From Eledone cirrhosa (Eukaryota): a DNA stretch of 64,000 nt. The position numbers and the translations under genes are program-made. Positions 13,997 to 29,089 of this stretch are shown in pieces. Position 1 is the stretch's first letter; every line of letters begins with the position of its first letter. The stretch spans positions 232,376,001 to 232,440,000 of the forward strand of contig OZ024740.1 of NCBI GenBank assembly GCA_964016885.1, given 5' to 3'. The notes under the pieces are model-generated. The model was given only the letters and a program-made list of their open reading frames with translations. It was not told the origin of the DNA and did not search any database.

Positions 13997-14028
13997 CCAT
14001 GCACAAACACATATTTTCATATTCTATA

Positions 14029-14164
<136 letters not shown>

Positions 14165-14527
14165 CCGAATATGAAAATAAAATGAAGAAAAGAAATATGA
14201 TAAAATACAAAAACACAAAGTACAGGATAACCCGAAACTATATGTACAAATATAGGAAAATAAGAACTAGCGTTGCGCACAGGCTTGATGGTATTACAAT
14301 TTTAGATGACTCCTTGTTTGAGTTTCTATTTATTCTCGAGTGTCACGCAAACCTAGAAAATACAAAGGAAGACAAGTAGAAATGAGAGTCCCAGTTTCAG
14401 ATTGGAAGACAGGAAAAACAGCTTGATTAATTGGATATTCCAGCAAAGCAAATCTCTAGAATTGTTGTTTAGACAAGACACGGGACTATTTTGGAAATAG
14501 AGCGAGAGCGGAGGAGAATAGGAAGAC

Positions 14528-14560
<33 letters not shown>

Positions 14561-15041
14561 ACATATATATATATGAACATATATATGTATGTTTATATGG
14601 GAAGGAGCGAAAAAGAGAACTGGAGGTTGAGAGGGAGAGAGGGAGGGAGAGAGAGAGGGAAATGGTGTGAGCGTGGGAATGGCAGAGAAAGGGAGAATCA
14701 GGGGGATGTAGCAATTTTAGAAGAGTGAAGTTTATTAAGAAAATAAGAAATTGCGTGCATCATTTGAGGGTGCATGTTGGAGAGGGTAAAGAGAAAGTGG
14801 ACTGATATTGAGCACAAGAGGTTCGGTTAAATGAAGTAGAAACAACTGTGCAGTGATAGTGAGTGTGTAAGAAATATATTTATATATATATAGAAATATA
14901 TAGAAATATAGAAATATAGATATATAGATTGAGAGAGAGAGGGTGAAAAAGGAACAGAGAGATAGGTGAAAAGCCAATTTTGTATCTGATTCAATAAAGT
15001 CGTAACAATCACCATGATTTATAATAATTATTATTATCTTA

Positions 15042-15222
15042 GGGCGGTGATTTGGCAGTATCGGTAGAGCGTCGGACATGCTTTCCAGCATAGTTACGTC
15101 CCTTTACGATCTGAGTTCAAATCCGGTCGAGGTTAACTTTGCCTTTCATCCTTACGGGGTCGATAAAATAAAGTACCAGTAATGTACTGGGTAATTGCTG
15201 GCCTTATGCCTAAAATAGAAAC
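15042..15222 (+). mobile_element. SINE family 1, full length, 16-bp TSD
   Basis: A/B-box-like head (tggcagtatcggtaga...gagttcaaatcc), conserved core; TSD aattattattatctta at 15026 and 15223. Confidence 0.92.
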
Positions 15223-15239
15223 AATTATTATTATCTTAT

Positions 15240-15675
15240 TATGAGACGAGAGCTCAAAATATTTGGGAATAGTACAAGGAATGGCGTACAAAATAGGTTT
15301 TAAATCGAGTAAAAGAAGACAGTAACAACTCCAACATCAAAACCAACAATGGATAACATAGATATCATGACTTGGAAAATCCCCCCAATAGGAGGTAAAA
15401 GTACCGAGTGGCTCTCAAATAATCCCACAAAACCAGGATCACCTTGACCACCTAGAGTAACTGTTCTCGTTCATTCACCCGTGCAATGTTTACCCCTGTC
15501 ACCTAGTTTTCAGAAGATTTACTGGGAAACAGTAATTCATTCTCCATATTCACATTCCATTTCAACTAGAACTTGAAGAATTTGATGAGGCAAACTGACT
15601 GTCTTTACCGGTCAAAAGAAGGCGCGACGGACGATAAAACTCCGCGAGACAACATTGCTAGGAAACAAGTCAGTA
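15240..15675 (-). mobile_element. Degenerate Tx1/L1-like LINE 3' end
   Basis: Minus frame ...CLIKFFKF*LKWNVNMENELL...VNIARVN resembles 37992-38212; ccccaataggagg shared with ~37881. Confidence 0.5.
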
Positions 15676-15783
15676 AGTGCTATATGAGGCATGTCGGTGC
15701 ATGTAAATTTATATATAAGTTTATATATGTGCCTATACTTATATAATACGTGTGCGTGTGTTTGTGTGCGTGCGTGTGTGTGT

Positions 15784-15866
<83 letters not shown>

Positions 15867-18451
15867 TGTATGTGTGTGTGTGTGTGCGTATGAGTGTGCA
15901 TGTGGAAGTGTGAATACTTATTATTATATCTAAATTTTTATTTCCTAAATATACGCCTCCTCACACCTCATTGACAATACAATATACGCATAGTAGTTGC
16001 CATATATATTGTGCCTTGTGATACCAACTTTAGTTGCGGGATCAGTGAAAAATCGTGAAACACAGATTATTACCAGAGAATAAACCAAATATATGCAAGG
16101 CCATATACATCGAATAAACAAGCTGCCGTCTGTCGGACTAGTTCTCAGAACACGAGGGACATACGAATTGCCCAAGATGATTCCGTCACCCGTCTCTTCC
16201 TTTCCCCCAATTACTTACCACACTATTTTGTTTACGGCATCATTCTACATCATGAATCCCCAGCTACCCGCATTGAACTTGACATTTCGCATTTGAACTA
16301 CTTTCCCGAATGGCCGAAACTCCCCCAGCCCACACTTTATATAACTCCCATTCATTTTTGCTCACACACAGGGTTCTATCTAATACATCAATACAAACAC
16401 TCACACAACAATCGTGTATAACATCAGACATACATAAATATCTCTGCACACGTATACTCCACATATTCACCAGGGTCTGAGGCACGTATCATCAAACCGT
16501 CATTCTATTTTATGATGTAGGACAAGCGTCCGAAATGTTAACACTTTTCCTACTAAATCAAGCTATACCAAACGTTAAACTAATATATATCTCCGTTGTA
16601 CTGTATCGTTTCACTGTGCTGTTTATTGATTTATTTTAGCATATATACATATTTATATAGAAGACATCTACGTATGTGGCGTAAGAAAAATATACAGACC
16701 ACCTATTGCGAGTGGAATCATGGAATAATCTCTTAAACTATGATCGCAGTTCAAAATATATCCGCGATCGAAATAATTATTATAAATAGGTTTTCCTGGA
16801 TAAACGTGACATAGTTATATGTACCATGAAAATCGTAGGCAAACATCAGATCGAAACTCTTATTAACGTGTAACATAATTCTGTATTATTCTTTAGATAT
16901 AATTGAGAGCAACCTAAGAACATGAATAGCAATTAGCTAATATATAACCAGCCAAGTTTAAGCTACCTGAATAAACTAGACATTAGTGAAATGCAAGTAA
17001 TACAAATAATGTTTTAAACGAAGTCAGCTTAATTTTATGGAGCTAAGTGTGACCTATTGAGGAGCTTATTTTCTTCCTCACAAACTTTCTCAGTAATTAA
17101 GACTATAAATGTTATTCTTATTGTCTTTGTTGTTATAATATATTTATGTAATTGTTATTGTTGGTTATGTTAGTTATTCTTCTTACTAATGGTTGTTATT
17201 ATATCCCGACAAGATTTCATGCCTAACAGTTAATTCATAATAATAATAATGCTTTCTTTATTATCCGCAAGGATTTGCATAAAGAAATATAGTTAAGTGT
17301 ATAAACACATGGGTTACAAAACATGTGGGACTGAGAAAACGAGTGTAGAGACAATGACGATATACAACAGACATATTAGTTTGATAAAACATTAAATAAA
17401 TATAAAATTATTACAAAACACACATTAATTAACATAAAATATGATATAGAACTTAAAAGTATATAAGGGCATCCACTACTTAAGTCGAGTCAGAATTCCG
17501 CACATTCCTACTTGTTCACTATGCATTACACACTTCCTGGAAGTCATAAAAATTTATCATCCAAGAATTGTTTTGGATGACTTCCTTAAAAAAAAAAAGA
17601 AAACACCCAAATCTACTGGACAGAACTAATTTACCGCATCTTAACTTTTGTTGTTTGAGGTAGCAGTCTATCTTCCAGCACCTCTCGGGAGAAATTCTTT
17701 ATTTCCGTGTCCATCCCCATTTAGTTTCTCTTCATCAAATTCATACATTTTAAATCAACGGAGTGTTGTTGGGTCTGACGAGTGTGTATTTCATGGAACC
17801 AGGCTCTGGTGGTATGTCTCCTGTTGCTACAGGATGAGTAACCCCAGAAACAGACATATTGATTTTGACGCTGCATCTATCACGCGAGAGAGTTCTGGAA
17901 CGGCTGTGTGCTACTGAGGGGTCATGAGTACTTACAAGTCGTTACTGACACCTTACTACCTCCTACAATTTCTCATTACCCTGGCACATATAATATAGCC
18001 ATATTGCTTTAAAATGATAATTTTGGTGCGGGGGTCCATATCATTCGTTTTAGCTCTAAATGTTTGTTAGCGGTATTTTCCGCCTCCTCGTGTACTGGAA
18101 TATAAGCGTGCGATAATGAGGGGATCGCACACTGTTTCTGCTTGATTTTCGCTTCATCTTCGATTCGGAAAGTCAGGCAGGCGGTCTTATACGTCTTGCC
18201 ATTATCTGTGCTTGAAACGTCTGATAGCACGTCTTTACATTCATTTTTTTAAAGGCATAGAAAATACCTTACTTTGTGATAAACTCGTAAATCAGTTTTC
18301 TTCTTGCCTGGATATATTCTTCGTGCAAGGAGATATATCTTTTTGATCACACTGTAACCATTGGTCTGTTTTGTTTTTTACATTTCTAAATGTTCAATAT
18401 TGGATGCTACAATTCCGAACGATATTTGTCTCTGATTGTTGTCAACATAAA

Positions 18452-18543
<92 letters not shown>

Positions 18544-18605
18544 TGTGTGTGTGTGTGTGTTATATATGCGAACCTTATATTGAGGTTATTATTACCTATA
18601 TATTT

Positions 18606-18776
18606 AAGGGCGGTAGAGGTTCGACGCCATGATTTGAAGCATAGAGTTACGGCCCTTTATGATCTGAGTTCAAATCCCGCCAAGGTTAACTTTGTCATTC
18701 ATCCTTACGGAGTCTTTAAAATAAAGTACCAGTAATGCACTGGATAATTGCTGGCCTTGTGCCAAAAGTAGAAATA
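18606..18776 (+). mobile_element. SINE family 1
   Basis: Conserved core and tail; flanking duplication ttattacctatat. Confidence 0.88.
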
Positions 18777-18799
18777 ATTATTACCTATATCTTTGAATG

Positions 18800-19700
18800 T
18801 TTGCATTCGCATATTTTCTATCCTCTATGCAGTGTTTGTCCTTTTGTAATCTCATTTCAGTAATTTCATTGCGTATTTTTGTCATATTTTTGCTTCTGCG
18901 TCTGTCATGCTACTTACTCTTTCGTTGATACCCTTCCTGACACATTACGTCAACAGTCCAGTCTTCACAGTCTAAAATTATTGTTACAAGTATTGTTTCT
19001 CTTCTCGTCATCCAAATGCGGGTTATTTCTATCTTCATATTTGGATAGAAATATTGATAGATATATTGTAGTCTGTTGGGGTGGATACGGTAATTACAAA
19101 GAATTTCTTTTCTTTGTGGTCCGTGACTACAATATCTTATCGGGTGGCTATGATACTCCCGTCTGCGTGTATTGACATACACGAAAGCAAGGTTGCCATT
19201 CTTTGACACCTTTCTATTTCTATTGGTATTTCGTAGTGTTAGCATAACTTCCAGTTTATGTAAATTCCAACTCTATCATGTATGGGGGTAGCCAGAGACA
19301 ACGTGGTTTAATATATTTTCCTACTCACACTTAATTTGATGTTATTGTATTTTGTTTTATTATGCATTTTTTGTAGTTTCTAGTGATGTGGCTTTAGTCT
19401 TGTGTTTGAATTATGAATCTGTCTCGTTAGGCTTTTGATCTAGTGAATCTTAGCCAGTGTTTTTAATTTGGCTGCTCTATGCTCTTCAGCGTTTTCGTTT
19501 AAGCGTGGCATTTTGAAGATGTTTTTCTTTTAGATTTTAGACTTTTCAATATTGCTTTTGTCGCTTCGCTTTTTTTCATTGTCTTCATTGTTTGTCAATT
19601 CAGCTTTTGATTTGAAATTTTTGGATTCCTTGAAAACAGAAAACAGATTTTTGCTCACTTTTCCTATGATATCATGCCACCGTCTTTTGTAATGAGTTTG
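18800..19700 (-). mobile_element. Possible highly decayed LINE (RTE-like) relic
   Basis: Only scattered minus-strand peptides ([14 protein letters not shown]) with many stops. Confidence 0.3.
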
Positions 19701-19739
19701 GGCTAGGTGTTTACCCTCGGATACGATGTGAGCTTTCAG

Positions 19740-19925
<186 letters not shown>

Positions 19926-20249
19926 TTAGTCTTTCATTATTAGATCTATGGTACCCTTTGTCAACCACTACGCTACATTACCTGACACAAAACAGTCATT
20001 GAACATGTCTGTCAGAATCAGTTCGAGAGACGTTATAGCATGGGCTTCTCTGGGTCTAATTTTTGAAACCACGATTGCGTCCATACAACTCCAGCAGGTA
20101 TTACGGGTACATACAATATATTAAAGTTCCATAACATTTTCTGATACATAGACATTTCCGAAATCAAGTTATCAACGCATCTTTGAATCTGTTGAAATTT
20201 GACACTTAAGCATATTTAGAAAAGCTTTGCTACGCCACCGTACGGCTAT

Positions 20250-20455
20250 TTGTTAAAACATCGGGCAAAATGATTTGAGACATATGTTCTATATATTTAC
20301 GTTCTGATTTCAAATTCAACCAACGCTAAATTTCCCTTTCAACCGTACAGGGTCGATAAAATGGAGTACCAGCAACGCAGTGGAGCTGATTTAATCGGCT
20401 TTCGCCCTCTTCTCAATTGCTAGCCTTGTTCCAAAACTAGAATCAATTATTAAAA
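20250..20455 (+). mobile_element. Older diverged SINE related to family 1
   Basis: gggtcgataaaatggagtaccag core and gccttgttccaaaactagaa tail. Confidence 0.7.
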
Positions 20456-21045
20456 TAATTGGGGACATCAACTTAAGAACACACCTTCACTTTATAAAAA
20501 GAAGAATTTCATCGAGATATGAAAATAAATGACTTGTTATGAAACTGTATTAATTTTCACTCATCCATATATAACAGAGAAACTCTTTTAGAACACTATA
20601 AACACTCATTATAGGCAATGATATAACTTATTTCATCCACCCTGAATCATTCGACAAAAAAAGTAACAAGTAAACATACAATTCTGTTTCTGAGGTATCT
20701 CCCTTGTTAAGCATCTTCGAATTAGGTAGCTATCATGATGGGTGGCCATTTGGTAAAGTCATTTGATTCTAAGCCAGGTGTTGTAAATTTCATTGGTGTA
20801 GAATATCAAAGTTACTACCAGCCCAACTAACTACAAAGCTGGCTAACGAAAGTTGCTGAGGTGGTAACCAATGTCCCAAGGGTTGTTAAATGCTTCAAAC
20901 ATTTCCACAGCCTACTGGTTTAATTTTACAACTTTGTACTTGGACTGGGTATGGAATGTCACTGAGTTCGAATTCAGAAGAAGTTGGTAAATGATCTTTG
21001 AAAAAAGATCTATCAATGTAATTAGATGTATGCATATACGTTTGA

Positions 21046-21077
<32 letters not shown>

Positions 21078-21116
21078 ATGTGTGTATGTATGTATGTATG
21101 TATGTATGTATGTATG

Positions 21117-21209
<93 letters not shown>

Positions 21210-21263
21210 CATATATATATGTGTATATAATTATCTGTGTACACACACACACATATACACACA

Positions 21264-21300
<37 letters not shown>

Positions 21301-21388
21301 GCTTACAATTACAAACTAAAATTAAAAGTTTAAGGTATTTAATCACTGACAATGGTTTGTTCCCACAGTAATATAGCACCAATAGCAT

Positions 21389-22004
21389 TAAACCGATACG
21401 TGCATATATATATATGTGTGCATGTATGTATATATATATATATATACATACTACTGTACGTCTGTATACATATATGTATGTAAGTATACATACATACATA
21501 CTTACATTTAAGTAACTGCCGTACTAAGAGTGAAGAATGAAATTTCGTTTCATTCTATTCCATTTATCGTTTTCGGTGCGCCCGGCCGACTAAACTCACT
21601 TGATATGCAAATTAGGCTGCTCAGCCGTTAATATGCATAAGGAAAGTATATACTTTCAGGCGTTCAACCATCTGGCAGGGAGGTATACGAAGCTGACGAT
21701 AGCTAATAAGCTTGAAACTTGTACATCGTTCCTGTGTCAGTGTTGAACAAAAAGGTGATGTGTTTGCCTAAACACTGTACGGCGTAATTCGGGCTGTTTG
21801 TTTCTTTACAAACAAACCGAGCATTATAATAAATGTTCGGTAAACCGATACGTGCATATATATATGTGTGCATGTTTGTATATATATGCATACTACTGTA
21901 CGCCTGTATACATATATGTATATACGTATACATACATACTTACATTTAAGTAACTGCCGTACTAAGAGTGAGAAATGAAATTTCGTTTCATTCTATTCCA
22001 TTTA
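21389..22004 (+). mobile_element. Retrozyme-like ~1.4-mer with HHR at 21688-21728
   Basis: taaaccgatacg recurs at 21389 and 21841; same monomer as 13087-13853; ends in (TA)n. Confidence 0.85.
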
Positions 22005-22325
22005 TATATATAGATATATATACATACACACTTATATATATATATATATTAATAAAAGGAATTCCAACTTTGTCTGATTTACTCGTTTTATTTATAATCC
22101 TTTAAAAATATAATCGTATTAGAATGAAATAGCATGCTAGAATATTAAATGTTAAGTGTTAATTGAACAAGTACTTTCATGCTTTCCCAATCTTCAGGTT
22201 CATATTCCGTGAAACTTGATGACTGTAACCAATATAATCCTCTATACAAAATCATACACACCCGTGTATATTTATATCTATCTATCTATCTATATAGTTA
22301 TGTAATAAACAACATAAGGCAATTA

Positions 22326-22384
22326 TTCCATTTACCAGTGGTTTCTTAAAAGCAAAAGATTTTGCTTTCAATCCTCAGAATGAA
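22326..22384 (-). ncRNA. Type I hammerhead ribozyme with intact core
   Basis: Minus: ttcatt CTGAGGA ttgaaagcaaa-atct-tttgcttttaa GAAAC c-act-g GTA aatggaa. Confidence 0.85.
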
Positions 22385-22763
22385 AAGAATCCTGGTCTGT
22401 TTATTGAATTTGGATTTCATACATATATATATATATTATATTATATTTTGAGAATAAACTCTCAGTCGTTTACAATAATTAAGCTCCAGGAAGGGTCTCT
22501 TCCGAGCAGTTAATACATTTAAAGTGTACGATAAATACGAAATGTGTTTACATTGAATTTTGAAATTTAAATATGTCCAGGAATCATGGCTGTTGCCAAT
22601 ATAATATTGTCTTTATTGACTTATATCGAGACAGACAAATTGTATTCACTTATATTAGTTTATTTCATTAATAGCTAACTTTGTCTGTTGCAATGTAAAC
22701 ACATCTCGTGTTTATCGTACACTTTAAATGTAAACATATATATTGTTTATTGAATTTGGATTT

Positions 22764-22830
<67 letters not shown>

Positions 22831-23039
22831 TATGTGTGTATATATGTATGTATACATCTATGTGTGCATATATTTGTGTATATCCAATGCATTTACCGAT
22901 AAAGCAGAACAGGGTTACATTATTGGATGCAAACAAAGTTGCAGGTTATATATCAGAGTGAACTCCGAGAAAGATGTCTTAATGAAGACTAGGAGTGGGG
23001 TTGCCGGTTTAGTCTCTGACGACCTCACCATGCACAGAT

Positions 23040-23130
<91 letters not shown>

Positions 23131-23264
23131 CAGAGTGTTGTAGTTTGCTTCAAGCATCATTGAATAGGAAACACAAATTTAAATAATTTTTGAAACCAAA
23201 CAATGTACTAGAAAATGAAATTGCTAGGCTAACAATACAATCTTGCCTTAGTAAATTTAATAAT

Positions 23265-23444
23265 TGTTTCTACTTTTGGCACAAGGCCAGCAATTACCCA
23301 GTGCATTACTGCTACTTTATTTTATCGACCCCGTAAGGATGAAAGGCAAAGTTAACCTCGGTGGGATTTGAAATCAGAATGGCAAGGACCGTAACTCTAT
23401 GCATCAAAGGATGGCGTCCGACCCTCTACCAATACTGCCAATCC
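23265..23444 (-). mobile_element. SINE family 1, near full length, TSD aaatttaataat
   Basis: Head, core and tail present; 12-bp TSD at 23253 and 23445. Confidence 0.92.
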
Positions 23445-23893
23445 AAATTTAATAATGCCAAATGTGTTCGGGCTTAGAAACCAATTATCAAGGTAGTATC
23501 CCTGTGAGAGGCTATAAGGATCGATCGGAGTTGATTTGTTATGAAGGAAGATTTAAGTTAAATGTAATGAAAATACTTTAAAATTTCGAGCGTGCGCGTT
23601 GTGAAATGTATGGGGAAAACTGTATGATATACGCATGTGTGAGCGTGAATGTAAGTGTGCTTAGTGGGATGTATGTATGTGTGTGCATGAATGTAATTTT
23701 GTATAGTGAAAGGCATGTGCGAATATGTATATAATAAAAATGGAAAAATATGTATGTGTGTGAGTCTACGTGTGTATGCCTAGTGAGGAAAAATATTTAA
23801 TTTGAAAGAAAGAATGAAACAAGGCACTGGATATTAGAATACAGGCGTACTTCTTTCCATTCGATTATTGATTCTAGGTTTTAATTGCTTGAT

Positions 23894-24034
<141 letters not shown>

Positions 24035-24046
24035 TATATATATATT

Positions 24047-24149
24047 GAATAAATAAAATAAAAATGGCGTAGGCATTACAATACAAAGGGAGGAAACATA
24101 ATAGTACCACTGATGATGTCACAGATGTGCGACGAAACAACTCTGATAG

Positions 24150-24188
<39 letters not shown>

Positions 24189-24329
24189 CTGTATTTTTAA
24201 CCGTTGGTCAATGAATGATAAACATTGATAGCCAGATAAATTAACTATGGAGATATAAAATATACAGAAGCTAAAACCAACCCAAACCAAACATTGAGTG
24301 TGTTCTGTTATTATTTCTGGCAATATTAT

Positions 24330-24333
<4 letters not shown>
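24047..24333 (+). mobile_element. Diverged pLTR-like module with HHR-like core (24110-24138), split by (TA)n
   Basis: CTGATGA tgtcac-agat-gtgcgac GAAAC; atggcgtagg and terminal tataacaat resemble the Penelope pLTR at 12555-12802. Confidence 0.55.
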
Positions 24334-24365
<32 letters not shown>

Positions 24366-24384
24366 GCATAAACACACACATACG

Positions 24385-24463
<79 letters not shown>

Positions 24464-24466
<3 letters not shown>

Positions 24467-24820
24467 TATGTATACGCACATACATATATGTATACAGACG
24501 TACAGTAGTATGTATAATGATATACATACATGCACACACATATATATATATATGTACGTATGGATTCACCGAACATTTATTATAATGTTTGGTGTGTTTG
24601 TAAACAAACATCCCGTATTAACCCGTAGTGTCTAGCAACCATCGTTGCTCTTTTGTTCAACATTGACAAAGGAACGCTGTACTAGTTTCAAGCTTATTAG
24701 CTATCGTTCAGCAACGTATACCTTCCTGCCAGATGATTGAACGTCTGTAAGTATATACTTTCCTCATGCATATTAACGTCTGAGTAGCCCAATTTGCATA
24801 TCGAGTGGGTTAATCGGCCA
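24464..24820 (-). mobile_element. Diverged copy of the retrozyme-like monomer; HHR at 24675-24716 has a 1-nt core insertion
   Basis: Reverse complement of the 13087-13853 monomer. Confidence 0.8.
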
Positions 24821-24834
24821 TATATATGGTGGAG

Positions 24835-25255
24835 TCTGTGTGTGTTTCTGCTGCAACCCCAACTCAGATGGGCTGACCATATCCTATGAATGACTGAGAA
24901 CCTCACACCCAAGCTACTGTTATACTGTCAATTTAATAATCGTGCACGTAATGTAAGCTGATCATTATTCTGATATAAATATTAACTGAAGTGCAATCTT
25001 AAATCTGTTAACATACCTCTTACTTCATTTGAAGCCCTAGCTGCTGATAGGGAAAATGGAGAACTGCCTACCATGAAGGAATAAAAAACATTGAAAAACC
25101 TCGTCTGATCCATCTTCCTGATTTAAGATGTAACACCTAAGAATGGATAAAACCTATCATTCTGTTCAGCTCAAAATCCTGTCAATTCACTTGATGCAGC
25201 TTGATGTCTAAATCTGCGGCTCGACTAAACTGCCGTTTAGAGCATAATCATAAAA
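24835..25255 (+). mobile_element. RTE-clade LINE C-terminal relic
   Basis: QLRWADHIL...PKLLLYCQ...FEALAADREN... and a decayed C-terminal zinc finger (MSKSAARL). Confidence 0.55.
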
Positions 25256-25296
25256 AAGGAACTGAGAAGACTGTTAAACCCCCATACGTTGATATA

Positions 25297-25331
<35 letters not shown>

Positions 25332-26096
25332 GTGTGTGTGTGTAGGTATAGGTGCGTGTGTGTGTATGTACGTGTGTGCGCGCGTGTGTGTGTTTGTATA
25401 TGTATATATGTATGTGTGTGCGTTTAAAATATACAAGCACTACCTGAATGAGAACTCGTTACTGGTGGGTGGAACAATAAGGTTTTATTCAAGCGGTGAT
25501 TCTACGTGGTCCATAGTAATGCTAGAAACAGAAATCAAATTACCGTAGGAAATCACATTCACTCATATAAAAAAAGACACAAGTGTAGGACTAGACAAAT
25601 CATACCCGAACAACAAAAGAACGGATGGGCATGTCTGGAACGTATTTTTGTATAGGTTGGCTTTTTCACGGTTGACTTGGGCCTAAGTAGCATTAACAAC
25701 ATCATCCAAATATGTTTAATGAATGAGTAAATTAGGTTTGATCACAGAGAAATTATTATTAGATATGTAGGTACGATACACAAATGTGGTGTATATCAAC
25801 ATGTATTTCACCGATAAGTGTCTCATTGAATGTCTTATTATATTTACTTGATTCCACTACTAGTATTTTATTTATTGACCTCCAAAGAAAGAAAGAAAAA
25901 GACGAGATTTGACGCCAATAATGACTCAGCAAATACACTTTCTCTTGATATATAGTGTTACTATTTTCGTGTTACTTCAATTTTCTCTTTGAATGATATC
26001 ACAGTTTTATGGCTTGCGTTGAGTCCTGATGGGAAAACCCTAACATCATTTCAGGTTTCAAATTTTCCCAATGCCACCTAATTCAATCATTGTATT

Positions 26097-26138
<42 letters not shown>

Positions 26139-26502
26139 TAAGCGTGTGTGTGCGTGTGTGTGTGTGTGTGTGCGCGTGTGTGTGTATGTGTGTAAGCGTG
26201 CGTGTGTGTGTGTGCGTGTGTGTGTGCGTGTGCATGTGCGTGTGTGTATGTGTGGATGGATATTAGTACAGATTAAAAGTTTACGCAATGAATTTCGTAT
26301 GGAACTAGTTTCAGAAGGTCACGCTGAGAATAAAAGCAGATAGAAATGTCAATATATATAAGTTCTTGTGGGTTTGCCCATGGCAATGTTTCCGTTTGTG
26401 TCTGTATAGAGAGATTTATAAAATAAGTACCGGGGTCGATAAGGTCAAATTGGTGCCCCAACATGACCACCGTTTAATGACTGAAACCAATAAAAGAATG
26501 AA

Positions 26503-26503
26503 A

Positions 26504-26554
<51 letters not shown>

Positions 26555-26569
26555 CGGTAGGGGTAGTAT

Positions 26570-26635
<66 letters not shown>

Positions 26636-26841
26636 CAGTAGTAGTAGTAGCGGTAGTAGTAGCGGTAGTAGTAGTAGTGGTATTAGTAGTAGTAGTAGTA
26701 GTGGTATTAGTAGTAGTAGTAGTAGTAGCAGTAGTAGTAGCAGTAGTAGTAGTAGTAGTAGTAGTAGTAGCGGTAGTAGCAGTTGTATTAGTAGTAGTAG
26801 TAGTAGTAGTAGTAGTAGCAGTAGTAGTAGTAGTAGTAGCG

Positions 26842-26877
<36 letters not shown>

Positions 26878-26905
26878 ATAGTACTAGTACTAGTAGTAGT
26901 AGTAC

Positions 26906-26950
<45 letters not shown>

Positions 26951-26960
26951 AGGTACTAGC
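26503..26960. repeat. (GTA)n microsatellite
   Basis: Direct observation. Confidence 0.97.
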
Positions 26961-27307
26961 AGCAACAACAGCAGCAACAGAGCAGCAGCAAGAACACCAG
27001 TAGCAGTGGCAAAAGTGGTGGTAGTGGTAGAGATGTTAGAATAAGTGTGAGTGTGCGAGTGTGACAATGATTAAGATACCATCCATCATCTCATCTTACC
27101 AGTTAACAATGTGCACAGTAAACATCAACATAGCGCTAGCTCCAACTTAGTAGAAAAGCAGGCACTGAGCTGGCTGAGAAAAACAGGTGTAGAACTCTAT
27201 GTAGCCTTGCAATAAGTGTGTTGATTACATGTATTGTATATGTATATACGTATGCATGTATGTATGCTTGTGCCTATGTATGTATGTGTATGTGTATGTG
27301 TATATAT

Positions 27308-27462
<155 letters not shown>

Positions 27463-27566
27463 TTACATATATGTATGTATATATATATGTACATGTTCAT
27501 ATACATATATATATGTGCATATATAATGGTATATATATATACAACATGCATACGTACATACATATA

Positions 27567-27604
<38 letters not shown>

Positions 27605-27656
27605 ACATGCATACGTACATACATATATATTAAATGTATATATATATATATATATT

Positions 27657-27855
<199 letters not shown>

Positions 27856-28300
27856 GGAGAGCGTGTGACAGAGAATATTGCGTATGTGTGTAAGTCACCA
27901 TTCTTTCAATGTATTCTTGTATATGTATATGGGTTTGTATATTTACATATAGACGGTTAATATGTGTAAATTTAATGATGTATTTTATGTGGATCATATT
28001 ACAATATTTAGTCTATCTACATGTGGACATGTTTCTGTCTGAAAGCCTGTATATGTATATATGTACACATACACACACACATATGTATGTATGTGTTTGT
28101 ATGTGTGTATAAATACAGACTCACGCATATATGTGTATATGATATGATATATATATATATTTATTTTCTATTTAAATATAATACAAAACTATTTATATAA
28201 ACGCACACGTTATATGCTGTTTGTTTATATATATATAATTATATATCAATATCTATATCTATCTATCTCTCATTCTCTCTCTCTCTCTTTCTCTCTATCC

Positions 28301-28331
<31 letters not shown>

Positions 28332-28460
28332 GGACAGTTTGAAATTTCTTTTTGAAGGACTGCTGGGCCTTCAAACTTAGCAGTCCTTCTAACACTGATG
28401 GAGACCATCACTGATTATTAATATCGGTGTAGTTTTTTTCATATTGATATTGCATGGGCA

Positions 28461-28583
28461 TCCACTGATGAGTTATAAGGGCCCACTTGTGTGTATATCT
28501 ATGGATTATATACAAGTTTCTACATAACAGGGACATTATTAATCCCACCTTGTAGAAATCTTATAACGAAACGATCGTCTGGA
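28461..28583 (+). ncRNA. Type I hammerhead ribozyme with an 80-nt branched insertion in loop II
   Basis: tcca CTGATGA gttataag [80 nt] cttataac GAAAC gatc GTC tgga. Confidence 0.85.
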
Positions 28584-28625
28584 AAGAAAGAGAGATTTAT
28601 ATAATTATGTCTCATATAAAATAAT

Positions 28626-28726
28626 TGTTTCTACTTTAGGCACAAGGCCAGTAATTACCCAGTGCATTACTCGTACTTTATTTTATCGACCCCGTAAGGA
28701 TGAAAGGCAAAGTCAACCTCGGCGGG
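28626..28726 (-). mobile_element. 5'-truncated SINE family 1 with TSD taaaataat
   Basis: TSD at 28617 and 28727; the empty site is visible in the relative at ~31045. Confidence 0.9.
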
Positions 28727-28889
28727 TAAAATAATACAACCAATTATCCACGGAATACTCTATAGTTAGCACCCCAAACACATAATTGGGATTATACTCA
28801 GGTATATCCTAATGTGTGTTGAATGAGATGGAGTTGGTCAGAGTATCGCTTAAAGCTTTCTCTGTTAATGTATTAAATATATATATTTA

Positions 28890-28957
<68 letters not shown>

Positions 28958-29089
28958 TGTGTATACATGCGTGCGCACATATGTGTATGCGTGTGCGCGC
29001 GTCTCTGTGTGTGTGTCGTGACAAAAAGGTCGATTTGGTAGTGAATCAACTATATAGTCCCATGAAATTGGGCAATTTATAAAAATCTG

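Larger units (their letters stand above)
28329..28877 (+). mobile_element. Structured HHR-bearing module between (TA)n tracts, interrupted by a SINE; 3' part recurs at 31030-31200
   Basis: Hairpins at 28354-28389 and 28395-28430, HHR at 28461-28583; shared gttagcaccccaaacac...ctctgtta.tgtattaa. Confidence 0.75.

Noticed and set aside
15950-16500. Possible L1/Tx1 endonuclease relic on the minus strand
   Set aside because: Too degenerate; no intact catalytic motif visible
20690-21000. Non-repetitive segment with acceptor-like site on the minus strand
   Set aside because: Early stops in the frames examined; no homology recognised
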